This document shows positions 8,208 through 18,784 of a stretch of 52,146 nucleotides of DNA, in pieces. Made by a program: the position numbers and the translations under genes. Origin of the DNA: Candidatus Woesearchaeota archaeon. Its GTDB lineage: Archaea; Nanobdellota; Nanobdellia; Woesearchaeales; JACPBO01. The stretch's first letter is position 1. Every line of letters begins with the position of its first letter. The notes beneath the pieces were generated by a model. It did not search any database and had not been told where the DNA came from. It saw only the letters and a list, made by a program, of their open reading frames with translations. Where the stretch lies: assembly GCA_016180285.1 (NCBI GenBank), contig JACPBO010000009.1, forward strand, positions 1 through 52,146. The letters run 5' to 3'.

Positions 8208-8666
8208 ATGGAAAAATTGAAAAGATTAACTGAAAAAATAAGAGAAGTTGACCAACGAGATAAAGAAGAACAAATTAAAAAACAAAGAATGTTGAGCGAA
8301 GCGATAGGTGGTTTGAATGTATTAGACGACATCGCAAAAATACCTCAAATAACAGAATATGCAAAGAGAAGGAACATCTATATTGCTACTGGGGGATTTG
8401 GTAGTTATAACCTTCTGCTTCATTATGGTGAAAAGATTCCTAAGGGAGAACTTCATAATGTTAATACTTATTATGGTTTATCTTTAACGAATGGAACATC
8501 AGATATTGAATTATTAAGCGTGAATGTCGTTCAAAACTTTATTGACGATTGGTTTAATAGCGATTCTACCAGTGCTGAAAGAGGGGTTATAAAACTTTTA
8601 TGTGAAATAAATGAAATTAAAGAAGAGAAAATGCTTGAGAGAATACTAGACGATTTGTTAAAATAA
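8208..8666 (+). CDS. Hypothetical protein
   Basis: AGGAG Shine-Dalgarno before the ATG at 8208 (preferred over 8091). AT-rich, no recognised motif. Confidence 0.7.
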   Translation: MEKLKRLTEKIREVDQRDKEEQIKKQRMLSEAIGGLNVLDDIAKIPQITEYAKRRNIYIATGGFGSYNLLLHYGEKIPKGELHNVNTYYGLSLTNGTSDIELLSVNVVQNFIDDWFNSDSTSAERGVIKLLCEINEIKEEKMLERILDDLLK

Positions 8667-8681
8667 AAACAAGAGTTAAAA

Positions 8682-9296
8682 ATGTTAGAAAATAAAATTA
8701 CTAAAATGCAAGAGAAAAAGAAATTAAAGCCAATTCCCGTTGAGATCATTGCCTATAAATGCCCTGTATGCACTGCCCTATTGTATGTTAAAACACCTGA
8801 TAAAGACATTACAACATTCACTCCAGAAGGAGTCATAGAGCATATTCGCAAGAGAATATATCCTGCATTACCTGAGGGGCTTGTATTTGTAAGAGAAAAG
8901 TCGAATTATTTTGAGATCATATTGAATGAAGGGAGAATGATAGAAGGAACATGGAACGGAGAAGGGTGGCCTTTAAGAGACACATGTTATGAAAGGAGTT
9001 TAGCACATTCCTACGGACATAAGGTTGGATTTTATGATGTTGAAAAGAAAAACTTTTTTTCTGATCATAAGATGACTGTTTTTTCAAAAGATATCAGAAA
9101 AAGATTAGGCAAAAATATTAGACTTTTAACAATAGACGAATTTTCAGACTTACAAACAGAATTCTTAAAATTAAAAAAAGACCCGCAAAAATATGCAGAG
9201 TCACCTGGCTTAGCATATTACATCGATTATTTTCTGTCATTGGACAAACTTATAAGGACAACGCCGGAGTTGGAAAAATTAGTGAGTAGACTTTAA
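8682..9296 (+). CDS. Hypothetical protein with N-terminal CxxC (possible Zn site)
   Basis: YKCPVC...EHI. Lies 15 bp after the previous ORF. Confidence 0.7.
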   Translation: MLENKITKMQEKKKLKPIPVEIIAYKCPVCTALLYVKTPDKDITTFTPEGVIEHIRKRIYPALPEGLVFVREKSNYFEIILNEGRMIEGTWNGEGWPLRDTCYERSLAHSYGHKVGFYDVEKKNFFSDHKMTVFSKDIRKRLGKNIRLLTIDEFSDLQTEFLKLKKDPQKYAESPGLAYYIDYFLSLDKLIRTTPELEKLVSRL

Positions 9297-9308
9297 ATAT
9301 TGAATAAA

Positions 9309-9851
9309 TTACTTTATCCGCATAATATTATCTTTTTTCCTTTCCTTCAGATCCGGCTTCTCATCTGCATAGCCGAAGACAACTGCGTTGATCATCTTAT
9401 AGCCATCAGGAATGTTCAATTTCTTCAGGATATTCTCACCTTCAATATGCTTCGCCATTCCTATGAAGCAGCTCGCAATCCCAAGAGAATAAGCAGCAAG
9501 CATCATGTTCTGGCTGCATATGCCGCAGTCTGCATAGGCCCATTCATTGCCTTCTTCGCTCAGTACAAATACAAGAAGCGGAGCAGAATAAAAAACAGGG
9601 TCTTCCATTGTCTTCATTCTTTCTTTTATTCTGGTTGAGATATTAAGGAGCTTTTTTGTCATGGCATCTGAAAGCTCTTTGATGAGTTTTTTGTTTGTTA
9701 TGACAATAAAATTCCATGGCTGCCTGTTCATTGCAGAAGGGGCATAGCGGCCTGCCTCGATTATTTCATTTATTATATTTTCGGGGATTTCTTTATTCTT
9801 GTACTTCCTTACAGCCCTTCTTCCTTTGATTGCTTTGATTACACCCTTCAT
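9309..9851 (-). CDS. Nitroreductase-family flavoprotein
   Basis: RRAVRKY, APSAMNRQPWNF, QNMMLAAYSLGIASC, FGY. Confidence 0.93.
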   Translation of the reverse strand: MKGVIKAIKGRRAVRKYKNKEIPENIINEIIEAGRYAPSAMNRQPWNFIVITNKKLIKELSDAMTKKLLNISTRIKERMKTMEDPVFYSAPLLVFVLSEEGNEWAYADCGICSQNMMLAAYSLGIASCFIGMAKHIEGENILKKLNIPDGYKMINAVVFGYADEKPDLKERKKDNIMRIK

Positions 9852-9956
9852 AATTAAGGAAGAAACATCATTTTATTTAAATTTATCTTTGAATTTGTCA
9901 TACTGCAGAAAAATCCCGTTTTCATAATCAGGTCAAGATCCTGGTTTGCCAAAAGC

Positions 9957-11279
9957 CTACTTAATTATCTCCACAGCCAGCGTCCATTCCAGATGCCTCG
10001 ATGTTCTTCCTGAAGCTGCTCCAAAAGCATAAGTATAAGGGTTCATATCTTCATATTGACCTGCAAGTGTGCCGCCATTGGCATCGAAAACTGCCTTCCT
10101 GTAACTATTTTCGCGGACAAATGGCGATTCTACTGCCATTTTTTTCAGGATATATTCTGCAATGCCGGGGCTGCTGCAAGTCATCTGGGAGATGTCCCCT
10201 GCTTCAAGATGCGGATTATCTTTGACATAAGGATTATCAATATATACTGTAAGGCCGGATGCATCTAATGTCATTTCTATCGGGACTTTGATGCCATAAC
10301 TGGCGCTGAAAGAATCTGAATTGCATTCAGTAGTGCTGTATTCGCAAAAATCATAGGAAGTTGCAGCGCTGCCGGATGCTTTCATAGGCACTTGCAGATG
10401 CCTGACATTGTCTGTAGAAGTGTAGCCGTATTCGTCTGTTATGACGTCATATTCGTTAGAAGTATATGGGGTATTTTGGTTCCACGAACTAGGAGGCTGT
10501 GTCAGCACAATAACTTCATCAATCTCAAATATTATTGAGCCATCCTCCTTTGCAGATCCGCCGCAATAATTGAAGTTAACCACTTCTCCACTATAAGTTT
10601 TGGTTGATTTTAAGACTAATCTGTATTTCAGTGCAGTATTTTTCTTTATGCTCAGCTTAACATCCTTGCAGTCCTCAACACGCGCTGAGTCTATTGCGCA
10701 TACCCTGAATGTTCGCTCTCCTTCCTGTGCCTCTTTTGGTATCTTCCCGCTCAGCTCTCCATTCGGGCTGAGAAAGAGACCAAGCGGCAGTCCAGCAGCA
10801 GAAAAAGTATAAGGAGCGCCAGCACCGCCTGAAACCGAATAGCTGCTTGTGCAGTCCAATGCAGCAGGATTATCGCAGAAACTGAATGCATAATCCATAC
10901 CTATGCCTGCTTCTGGCAGTTTTGTAGGTGAAAACTCAGGAGGCCCTACGCTGACCGGCAGCTTTGCATCAAAAGGGCCATAAGCCTTTCCTGTTGAATC
11001 AACAATAGAGAACTTAAAGGAGAATATTTTCTCAGATACCCCTAAGAGTGTTGGAGCAGTTCCCGTAAGCTTACACCCGTTGAAGTTAAGGCCAGCTGGA
11101 ATCGCTGAATCGGGCGTTGCAGCGCAGATGAACGGCCCTTTGCCTCCAGACGGCGCGGGCATATCATAAGAATAATCCTGACCTGACAGCGCTGCAGGCA
11201 ATGCGCCTGACCCAGATCCGCAGCCAGCAATCAAGATAGCAAAGAAAATTATTGAAGCAAAAAATAGCTCTTTTTTCAT
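9957..11279 (-). CDS. Surface lipoprotein with putative Ig-like (He_PIG-type) domains
   Basis: Signal peptide with lipobox LIAG|C. Repeats IPAGLNFNGCKLTGT and LPLGLFLSPNGELSG. Confidence 0.7.
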   Translation of the reverse strand: MKKELFFASIIFFAILIAGCGSGSGALPAALSGQDYSYDMPAPSGGKGPFICAATPDSAIPAGLNFNGCKLTGTAPTLLGVSEKIFSFKFSIVDSTGKAYGPFDAKLPVSVGPPEFSPTKLPEAGIGMDYAFSFCDNPAALDCTSSYSVSGGAGAPYTFSAAGLPLGLFLSPNGELSGKIPKEAQEGERTFRVCAIDSARVEDCKDVKLSIKKNTALKYRLVLKSTKTYSGEVVNFNYCGGSAKEDGSIIFEIDEVIVLTQPPSSWNQNTPYTSNEYDVITDEYGYTSTDNVRHLQVPMKASGSAATSYDFCEYSTTECNSDSFSASYGIKVPIEMTLDASGLTVYIDNPYVKDNPHLEAGDISQMTCSSPGIAEYILKKMAVESPFVRENSYRKAVFDANGGTLAGQYEDMNPYTYAFGAASGRTSRHLEWTLAVEIIK

Positions 11280-11397
11280 GATTTCACCATTATTGGATTC
11301 AGCAAGTTTAAATATCTTTCTTCGTTTATGTCATGGTGCAAGAGGTTGCTTCAACATTTTCAAAAACCTTTAAATACTAAATAAAGACCATTTTCTT

Positions 11398-13383
11398 ATG
11401 AAGAAGACTTCAATTATTTTAACATTTCTATTTTTAATAAATATTCTCTTAGTTTCAGCCTTGTCTGAAGACAGGGCAGTCCAGGAAAGCAGGTATTTAA
11501 CAATAAGCCTTGGCCTGAATTCTGCAGTGAATATAACTCCGACATCTTATTCTTATTATGTAGATCATGTTTCTGTTCTGCTGCCTTTCATGCCGAGAGA
11601 TGATTACAGGCAGAAGACTCTCAGCCTTATAACTGTGCCTGATGCTGCAGAAGAGAATGGCTCTTTGAAATACCTGTGGAAGAATCCTGAAAAAACCAAT
11701 TTGAACTTTGCTTTAAATTCACAGATAGAAACAAGCAGCAGTTATCTTGAAATAAGGAAAAAGGCAGATTTCCCAATAAAAACACTGCCTGAAGATGTCA
11801 TTGTTTACACAAAGCCATCAACAAAGATAGACTCAGGTGATCCTGATATAATAAACATGGCATCAAGCCTTGCAGAAGGTGAAACTGACCTGTACGTTGT
11901 TGCCTATAAGGCTGCATCATGGGTCACAAAAAACATAAAGTATGATTTAAGCACGTTAACTGCAGATGTAAGCCAGAATGCTTCCTGGGTGCTGGAGAAC
12001 AGGGAAGGCGTATGCGATGAATTGTCTGTCTTGCTTATTGCAATGCTCCGCTCATTGGGAATTCCGGCAAGATTTGTTTCTGGCATTTCTTATACAAACT
12101 CGCCATTGTTCAAGGAGAGATGGGGATTTCACGGATGGACTGAAGTTTATTTCCCGGAATATGGGTGGATCCCTTTTGATCCAACATATGGGCAGTACGG
12201 ATATATGGATGCCGGCCATATAAAGCTGAATGCAGCAGCAGATCCTGATGATGTAACAACAAAATACGAGTCAAGCGGCCGCAATATACAGATCGAGGCA
12301 GGCAAATTACATGTTGAGGCTTCAATAATAAACAATAGAGAGAAAAATCCGGATTATACTGCTGTTTCAGCAAAAATGCTTTATGATAAAGTCGGCTATG
12401 GCTCTTACAACCTTGCTGAGGCAGAAGTTGAAAATTTAAGGGATCATTATGTAACAGAAGCTTTTTTCCTTGCCAAGACTTCAAATATCCAGAATATAAC
12501 TGCAAGAGAACAGAAAATACTGCTGAAGCCATACGAGAAAAAGATGCTTTACTGGATGATAAAAGTAGAGGAAGGCCTGCAGCAGGGCAATGTTTACTTT
12601 GAATTTCCAATTCTTGTTTATTCTTCGCAGAATATAAGCGCAGAAACAAAGTTTAATGCATATCCTGATGAGTATGCTTATTCTTATGATGGTGTGAACA
12701 ATATATTGAAACAAAAAACAGAAGAAGAGAAAAAGAGTTACTCAAAGAGCATCACTTTAAACTGTAGCTCTGAAAAAGAAGCTTATCTCGGAACAGCTGA
12801 TGTTAATTGCAGAATAAAGAATACAGGAAATATAATGCTCAATGACCTTAATGTTTGCATTAAAGCTGATTGTAGATCTATAGATTTGGGAATAAGCGAG
12901 GAAAAAGAAGCAATTTTTGAAGTTGTTGTTGATAAAGCTGGAAAAAACATAATTATTGCAGAAGCAAAGAATAGCGATGTTTCAAAAGCAGCTTATTTGG
13001 AGATTATGGGCTTAGATAAGCCTTCTTTATCGATAGATGACTTAGAATATCCTTCGGAGATGAAATTCAATGACGTTGTTAATATTTCATTTTTAATAAA
13101 GAAGAATTCGCTGTCAAATCCAAAAAATACTGCAATCGAGTACTGGAGAAATAAGGATCTGCAAAAATGGCAATTAGGAGAGCTTGCAAATGACCAGAAG
13201 ATTAAAATTAGAATTAAGGGAGCAGAGCTTTCAAAGGAAAATACGATCAAAATAATAATAACTTATGAAGACAAAAATGGCAAAAGCTACAAGGAAGAAA
13301 AAGAGTTCAGGATAAGGCTCGTTGATCTTACATTGTGGCAGAATATAAGGCTGTTTTTCAGGGGATTGTTTGGGTTTAAATAA
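11398..13383 (+). CDS. Secreted or membrane-anchored transglutaminase-like domain protein
   Basis: Signal peptide. Catalytic triad motifs GVCDE, HGWTEVY and FDPT. C-terminal amphipathic tail. Confidence 0.88.
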   Translation: MKKTSIILTFLFLINILLVSALSEDRAVQESRYLTISLGLNSAVNITPTSYSYYVDHVSVLLPFMPRDDYRQKTLSLITVPDAAEENGSLKYLWKNPEKTNLNFALNSQIETSSSYLEIRKKADFPIKTLPEDVIVYTKPSTKIDSGDPDIINMASSLAEGETDLYVVAYKAASWVTKNIKYDLSTLTADVSQNASWVLENREGVCDELSVLLIAMLRSLGIPARFVSGISYTNSPLFKERWGFHGWTEVYFPEYGWIPFDPTYGQYGYMDAGHIKLNAAADPDDVTTKYESSGRNIQIEAGKLHVEASIINNREKNPDYTAVSAKMLYDKVGYGSYNLAEAEVENLRDHYVTEAFFLAKTSNIQNITAREQKILLKPYEKKMLYWMIKVEEGLQQGNVYFEFPILVYSSQNISAETKFNAYPDEYAYSYDGVNNILKQKTEEEKKSYSKSITLNCSSEKEAYLGTADVNCRIKNTGNIMLNDLNVCIKADCRSIDLGISEEKEAIFEVVVDKAGKNIIIAEAKNSDVSKAAYLEIMGLDKPSLSIDDLEYPSEMKFNDVVNISFLIKKNSLSNPKNTAIEYWRNKDLQKWQLGELANDQKIKIRIKGAELSKENTIKIIITYEDKNGKSYKEEKEFRIRLVDLTLWQNIRLFFRGLFGFK

Positions 13384-13418
13384 TAACATTAATAAACAAA
13401 ACAATAAAACAAGGTAAT

Positions 13419-15302
13419 ATGGCAAAAGAAAAATCAAAAAAACTGCAAAAAGAAAAAACTGAAAATAATGAAATAATTGAAAAACTAATTCCTGATACAT
13501 CTGTGATAATTGAAGGATTAGTTTCTCAGAAATTAAACAAAGGCGAAATAAAGCCTGAGACGATCATAATCCATGAAGCTGTTGTTGCAGAGCTTGAGCA
13601 TCAGGCAAACCAGAACAAGGCAATGGGTTTCTTGGGAATTGAAGAGCTTCAGAAGATAAAGGAATTAACTGGAAAATTGGGCTTCAAGCTTGAGTTTGCA
13701 GGAAAGAAGCCAAGCGCAGCAGAGATAAAATACGCCTCTTTGGGCGAAATAGATGCAATGATACGCGATCTTGCCTATGAAGCTGACGGCACATTGTTCA
13801 CAGCAGACAAGATACAGGCAAGGATTGCTGAAACAAAGAGCATAAAGACAATTTATGTAAAAGTCGAGCAGCTGATCAAAAAATTAAGGCTTGAAAGCTA
13901 TTTTGATGAAACAACAATGTCTGCCCATTTGAGGGAGAATGTGCTGCCTTTTGCTAAAAAGGGAATGCCCGGAAACTGGCAGTTTATGGCAATAGGCGAA
14001 AAACTTTTGACAAGGGATGACATTCAGGATATAAGCAGGGAAATAATAGAGGAAGCAGGAATAAGGAAAGACAGCTTCATTGAGATTGAAAGGCCAGGAA
14101 GCACAATTGTGCAGCTTGGGTTGTTCAGGATAGTTGTTACAAAGCCGCCATTCTCAGACGGGTGGGAGATAACTGCTGTAAAGCCTGTCAAAAAGCTGAA
14201 TCTTGATGATTATAAAATGAGCGACAAGCTGAAGCAGAGGGTTGCTGAGCAGGCAGAGGGCATTTTAATTGCCGGAGCCCCAGGAATGGGAAAATCAACA
14301 TTTGCAATGGCTCTTGCAGAATATTACGCATCCCAGAACAAGATAATAAAAACCGTTGAAGCTCCGCGAGACCTTATTCTGCCGGACAATATAACGCAGT
14401 ATGCGATCTCGCACGGAGATGCCCAGGAAATACATGACATTCTTTTACTGTCGAGGCCTGATTATACAATATTTGATGAGATGAGAAATACAGGAGATTT
14501 TCAATTATTCGCTGATTTAAGATTAGCAGGAGTTGGCATGGCAGGGGTTGTTCATGCTACCAATCCGATAGATGCAATACAGAGATTTGTCGGAAGAATT
14601 GAATTGGGAGTTATTCCGCAGATAATTGACACTGTTATTTTCATTAAAAACGGCTTCATAAACAAAGTTTTAAGCCTGCAGATGGTTGTCAAGGTTCCTT
14701 CAGGGATGACTGAAGCTGACCTGTCAAGGCCTGTTGTTGTTGTGACTGACTTTGAAACCAAAAAGCTGGAATACGAGCTTTACAGCTATGGAGAGGAAAC
14801 TGTTGTTGTTCCTGTCCGCGTCCAGGCAAGATCTGCAACTCATGAGCTTGCTGCAAGGACAATAATGCAGGAATTAAGGAAATACGCAGATGATGTTGAA
14901 GTGGATATTGTCAGTGAGGGCAAGTGCATTGTCAGAGTTCCTGAGAATAATATTGCAAGGATAATCGGCAAGGAAGGAAAGACTATTTCTGAAATTGAGA
15001 AAAGGCTCGGGATCAGCATTGATGTGCAGGAATTGGGGGCTAAAAAAGAAACAAGCAATGCAGCGGAGAACGCAGAGAAGCGCCAACTGCAGTACGATGT
15101 AAGGATAAAAAAGAATATGGTTGTTTTCTACCTTGATATCAGGATGCAGAACAATGATGTGGATGTTTATGTCGGCGATGATTTCTTATTGACTGCAAAA
15201 GTTGGAAAAACAGGGATTATAAAGATAAAGAAAGACAACAAGATAGGGCAGATCATAATAAACGCCATCAATGGCGGGGAGAAAGTCAAACTAGTATCTT
15301 AG
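13419..15302 (+). CDS. PINA ATPase (PIN domain, PilT/VirB11-like ATPase, KH domain)
   Basis: IPDTSVII PIN start, Walker A GAPGMGKST, RPDYTIFDEMR, GVVHA, KH motif IIGKEGKTI. Confidence 0.92.
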   Translation: MAKEKSKKLQKEKTENNEIIEKLIPDTSVIIEGLVSQKLNKGEIKPETIIIHEAVVAELEHQANQNKAMGFLGIEELQKIKELTGKLGFKLEFAGKKPSAAEIKYASLGEIDAMIRDLAYEADGTLFTADKIQARIAETKSIKTIYVKVEQLIKKLRLESYFDETTMSAHLRENVLPFAKKGMPGNWQFMAIGEKLLTRDDIQDISREIIEEAGIRKDSFIEIERPGSTIVQLGLFRIVVTKPPFSDGWEITAVKPVKKLNLDDYKMSDKLKQRVAEQAEGILIAGAPGMGKSTFAMALAEYYASQNKIIKTVEAPRDLILPDNITQYAISHGDAQEIHDILLLSRPDYTIFDEMRNTGDFQLFADLRLAGVGMAGVVHATNPIDAIQRFVGRIELGVIPQIIDTVIFIKNGFINKVLSLQMVVKVPSGMTEADLSRPVVVVTDFETKKLEYELYSYGEETVVVPVRVQARSATHELAARTIMQELRKYADDVEVDIVSEGKCIVRVPENNIARIIGKEGKTISEIEKRLGISIDVQELGAKKETSNAAENAEKRQLQYDVRIKKNMVVFYLDIRMQNNDVDVYVGDDFLLTAKVGKTGIIKIKKDNKIGQIIINAINGGEKVKLVS

Positions 15303-16146
15303 CTTCTTCGCAAATCGGGCATTCTTTTTCAACAATGTTTTCGAGTTCCTTTTTAAGCCTGTTTTTTTCAGGGTGCTCAGGGTCAATTACCCTGTATATT
15401 CTCCTTCCCCTGTAATCGGTCCAGTATATTTCCGGGTTGTGCTCTTTGCAGACCTTCAATCTGATTTTTTTTAACCTCGGATCTTCTTCATCGACAATTA
15501 AGCTCAGGGATTCAAGTACAGAATGAATTGTGTATTCGCCGTCAGTGCGAAGATCAAGTGACCGCTCAACAGCATTCCTCAACGAAACTCCTTTGTCTAC
15601 ATCAAGTTTAACATTACTGGGCAGAGCATCGCTGATATCTTTCTCTTTGAAGATACAATCTACATCCTTTAAGAAAGTTCCGTAAAGAGCAGCTCTATGA
15701 AGTTGCACAATATTGAATCTGCTTTCATCTGTTAAGTCGAATAAGCCATATTTTTCATGCCCGACATATAGCCAGACCTTTCCTGGCTTTTTTGAAAATT
15801 CATGCCCATTTTTAAAATCTTCAAATTGAATTATTTTGTTAGTCTTGAGCAGCATATCCCTTTCTTCCTGGTTTTTATGAAGATGCCAAAGAAGTTGCCT
15901 AACATATTCAAAAGGAACATTGGCGATGTAGGAATCTCCGTTTGTCCCATTGAAGATGTGGAATTGATAAGGCTGTTTTTTTAAATCGATATGGGGCTCA
16001 AATCGGATAATATCGTCGCTCTTGAATAAGCTTCTTGCTTCCATCACAGTTTGAGCAGGTATCCTAATATGTATCGCAGATTCTCTTCCATTATAACGGG
16101 CTTCTGCTAGCGTGTGTTGTCCCCATTTATTGTAATCAATGCGCAT
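15286..16146 (-). CDS. Hypothetical protein with possible C-terminal Zn site
   Basis: 286-aa ORF with CKEH and CPIC. TATA-like TTTATATA upstream on the minus strand. Confidence 0.65.
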   Translation of the reverse strand: MRIDYNKWGQHTLAEARYNGRESAIHIRIPAQTVMEARSLFKSDDIIRFEPHIDLKKQPYQFHIFNGTNGDSYIANVPFEYVRQLLWHLHKNQEERDMLLKTNKIIQFEDFKNGHEFSKKPGKVWLYVGHEKYGLFDLTDESRFNIVQLHRAALYGTFLKDVDCIFKEKDISDALPSNVKLDVDKGVSLRNAVERSLDLRTDGEYTIHSVLESLSLIVDEEDPRLKKIRLKVCKEHNPEIYWTDYRGRRIYRVIDPEHPEKNRLKKELENIVEKECPICEEAKILV

Positions 16147-16227
16147 TTGTGCATATAGCCGATAACAATAACATTTATATATTTGACCTTCTTATTTTGA
16201 TATAAACATAACAAAAAACCAGCTAAA

Positions 16228-16833
16228 ATGAGAGAATTAGACCAAAACGAAGTAAAAATTGTGAGAGAACTCATAAAAAATACGAGAATAAGCGACAACA
16301 AGATTGCAAAGAAGACAAATGTGCCTGTTATGACTGTGAACAGGAAAAGGAAAAAATTAGAAAAAGAGGGGTTGCTAAAATATTTCACGAGCCTAGACAC
16401 AGGTGAGCATGGAACTGGAATGTTCAAGGCAAAGCAGCTTTATATCATTAAATTTAAGTTGGGTATAACGAGGCAGCAATATATGGAAAGCGTCGAATAC
16501 GACAAAAAATGGATGGGTTTTAATGCAGATTATATCTCTCTGTCTTATTTGGGTGAGAAAGACGGCCATTTAGCTTTAATTCTTATTTTAGATGCTGAGA
16601 TCGAGAGTGAGTTGGTAGATGAATTCAATAACAGAATAATCATGCACATCAAGGAGAAGCTCGGAGAAAATGCCATAATAGAGGTAATAACAACAAGGGT
16701 AACTGATACAATAAGAAGGCATCATAATTACTTGCCTTCGATCAATATGGAAAATGGCATAATGAAGAAAGAATGGTGTGATGAGTGGATATTTGTGGAT
16801 AAGTCAAAGACATGGAATAACAGTAAGAAATAA
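16228..16833 (+). CDS. Lrp/AsnC-like transcriptional regulator
   Basis: LDQNEVKIVRELIKNTRISDNKIAKK...TVNRKRKKLEKEGLL HTH. Confidence 0.8.
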   Translation: MRELDQNEVKIVRELIKNTRISDNKIAKKTNVPVMTVNRKRKKLEKEGLLKYFTSLDTGEHGTGMFKAKQLYIIKFKLGITRQQYMESVEYDKKWMGFNADYISLSYLGEKDGHLALILILDAEIESELVDEFNNRIIMHIKEKLGENAIIEVITTRVTDTIRRHHNYLPSINMENGIMKKEWCDEWIFVDKSKTWNNSKK

Positions 16834-16852
16834 GGTTAGTGTGGAAATGAAC

Positions 16853-17119
16853 ATGAAAAACTTGATTTTATTGTGGCTGATTGCATCTGTAATAATAAGC
16901 GGATGCCAGCAAAAAACCGGTAATTCCAAAGTCCTCGATGATCCTCAGAAAGAATGCGCAAGAGCAGGCGGCGAATGGAAGGCTCTTCCGGATGGCTGCG
17001 TAGATTCCTGTTTTAAAGCAAGAAGCAAAGAGCCTGTGTTCTGCACAGCTGTGCTGACTGATGGCTGCGACTGCGGAGCAGACAGATGCTGGAATGGAAA
17101 AACATGCGAGGTTAATTAA
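16853..17119 (+). CDS. Small Cys-rich secreted lipoprotein
   Basis: MKNLILLWLIASVIISG|C lipobox followed by eight further Cys. Start could be 16847 or 16853. Confidence 0.72.
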   Translation: MKNLILLWLIASVIISGCQQKTGNSKVLDDPQKECARAGGEWKALPDGCVDSCFKARSKEPVFCTAVLTDGCDCGADRCWNGKTCEVN

Positions 17120-17168
17120 TCCAGCATAATCGCAAAATATAAATACCAACAGCAATCATAACTTTACT

Positions 17169-17636
17169 ATGTCAAATGGAAGCATGATTCCCCCTGGAAT
17201 GGGGCCTGTAACCGGAATGGCTCCTCCGCCCGGGATGGACCAAAAAAAAGGAAAAGCCGCGCCTAGCGCGCCTTCTGATATAATAATGCAGATTACAGGG
17301 ATGAACAGCAGACTAAGGATTTTAGAGGAAGGTTACATCAATTTAAGAAAAAAAGTTCAGGTCAGCGACCAAAACATGCTGTCTTCAAATAGAAAAATAG
17401 CAGAAGAGATTAAAACAATAAATGCGGATATTATGGATATGAAGCACGAAATAGCAGATGTTAAAGAAAAGATGCTTGAAGTAATAAAAGAGCTGAAATC
17501 CAGCGCAAAAGAAGAAGACGTCAAGGTGCTTGAGAAATACATAGAGCTTTGGCAGCCGCTTAATTTTGTTACGAGAAATGAAGTTAAAAAAATAGTTAAA
17601 GAGATTTTAGATGCTGTTCCGCAAAACAAAGAATAG
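17169..17636 (+). CDS. Coiled-coil protein with Pro/Met-rich N-terminus
   Basis: Heptad-rich region followed by KYIELWQPLNFV. Confidence 0.75.
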   Translation: MSNGSMIPPGMGPVTGMAPPPGMDQKKGKAAPSAPSDIIMQITGMNSRLRILEEGYINLRKKVQVSDQNMLSSNRKIAEEIKTINADIMDMKHEIADVKEKMLEVIKELKSSAKEEDVKVLEKYIELWQPLNFVTRNEVKKIVKEILDAVPQNKE

Positions 17637-17705
17637 AAAGTTATTTAAACAAATATTAGTAATAGCATTTATATTCAAACTATATTCAAAAAAAGGTGAT
17701 AGACA

Positions 17706-18329
17706 ATGCCTCTCTTCGGCAAAAAACCAGCTGCGCAAGCACCGCCATTAATACCTGTTGACCAAGTTCTCAATATGAGGGCGCAAGGGCTTTCAAATGA
17801 CCAGACAATACAGGCATTGCAGCGAGACGGCTACACATCAGACCAGATATTCGATGCAATGTCGCAGGCAGATATAAAAGGAAGCGTAGACGCTGCCCAG
17901 CCTTATCAGATGCCTCCTCTGGAAAATCCCATGGAATCGCAGATGCCGCAGCAGGAATTCATGCAGCAGCCTCAAATGCAGGCTGCAACTGATGTTGAGA
18001 GGATAGAGGAACTGGCAGAGGCAATAATAGATGAGAAATGGAACGAGCTTGTAAAGAACATAAACAAAGTTATTGAATGGAAAACAAAGACTGAAGCGAG
18101 AATCAACAAATTAGAGCAGGCGATTGATGACCTGAGAAACAACCTAAATGTAATTCACCAAACAATGATCGGCAAGGTTGAAGAATACGACAAAAACATC
18201 CAGAATGTCGGGTCTGAAGTAAAGGCAATGGACAAGGTATTCCAGAAAGTGCTGCCACAGCTGACCGAGAGCATTGGAGAGCTTTCCAGACTGACTGATA
18301 AAGTGAAAGAAAAGAGCATTAAAAAATAG
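17706..18329 (+). CDS. Coiled-coil protein (small helical N-domain, Q/P linker, coiled coil)
   Basis: AGGTGA Shine-Dalgarno. IEELAEAIIDEKW followed by heptad repeats. Confidence 0.8.
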   Translation: MPLFGKKPAAQAPPLIPVDQVLNMRAQGLSNDQTIQALQRDGYTSDQIFDAMSQADIKGSVDAAQPYQMPPLENPMESQMPQQEFMQQPQMQAATDVERIEELAEAIIDEKWNELVKNINKVIEWKTKTEARINKLEQAIDDLRNNLNVIHQTMIGKVEEYDKNIQNVGSEVKAMDKVFQKVLPQLTESIGELSRLTDKVKEKSIKK

Positions 18330-18339
18330 CCAAGTCTAA

Positions 18340-18784
18340 TAAGTTTTGCACCAATAAATTTATATAATATCTAGTTAACCATAACATAATATGAATGCAA
18401 GGGATTGGAACTCTGAAAGAATAGTGAGTGTGGATTTTGATGGGGTTATTTCTACTTATGATGGTTGGAAGGGAGAAGATTATCTTGGTAAACCAATTGA
18501 TGGAGCAAAAGAATTTATTGAGAAGCTCATTAAAGCCGGATTCACTCCTGTTATCTGGACGACAAGGGACAAAAGAAAAATCGAAAAATGGCTTAAAGGC
18601 AATAAATTTCCAGATATTGAAGTAACAAGTGTAAAATATCCTTCTACTGTTTATATAGATGATCGTTGTATTCAGTTCAAAGGAAATTTTAAAAAATTAA
18701 TTAAGGATTTGAAAGAATATGATGTATATTGGCGTAAAAAGCCTAAAAAGATATTTGAGAATTTAAAATAAGTCGCAAAACTTA
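18340..18784. mobile_element. Putative single-gene cassette bounded by 10-bp inverted repeats (TAAGTTTTGC / GCAAAACTTA)
   Basis: Repeats at 18340-18349 and 18775-18784 enclose the TATA box and the HAD gene. The right repeat begins 3 bp after the stop. Confidence 0.4.
18391..18771 (+). CDS. Small cap-less HAD-superfamily phosphatase
   Basis: VSVDFDGVI, IWTTR, K, YIDDR. Confidence 0.85.
   Translation: MNARDWNSERIVSVDFDGVISTYDGWKGEDYLGKPIDGAKEFIEKLIKAGFTPVIWTTRDKRKIEKWLKGNKFPDIEVTSVKYPSTVYIDDRCIQFKGNFKKLIKDLKEYDVYWRKKPKKIFENLK

Noticed and set aside
9906..9918. CAGAAAAATCCCG, similar to the csaA-flanking repeat
   Set aside because: No inverted partner found beyond the neighbouring gene. It may be chance or a relic.
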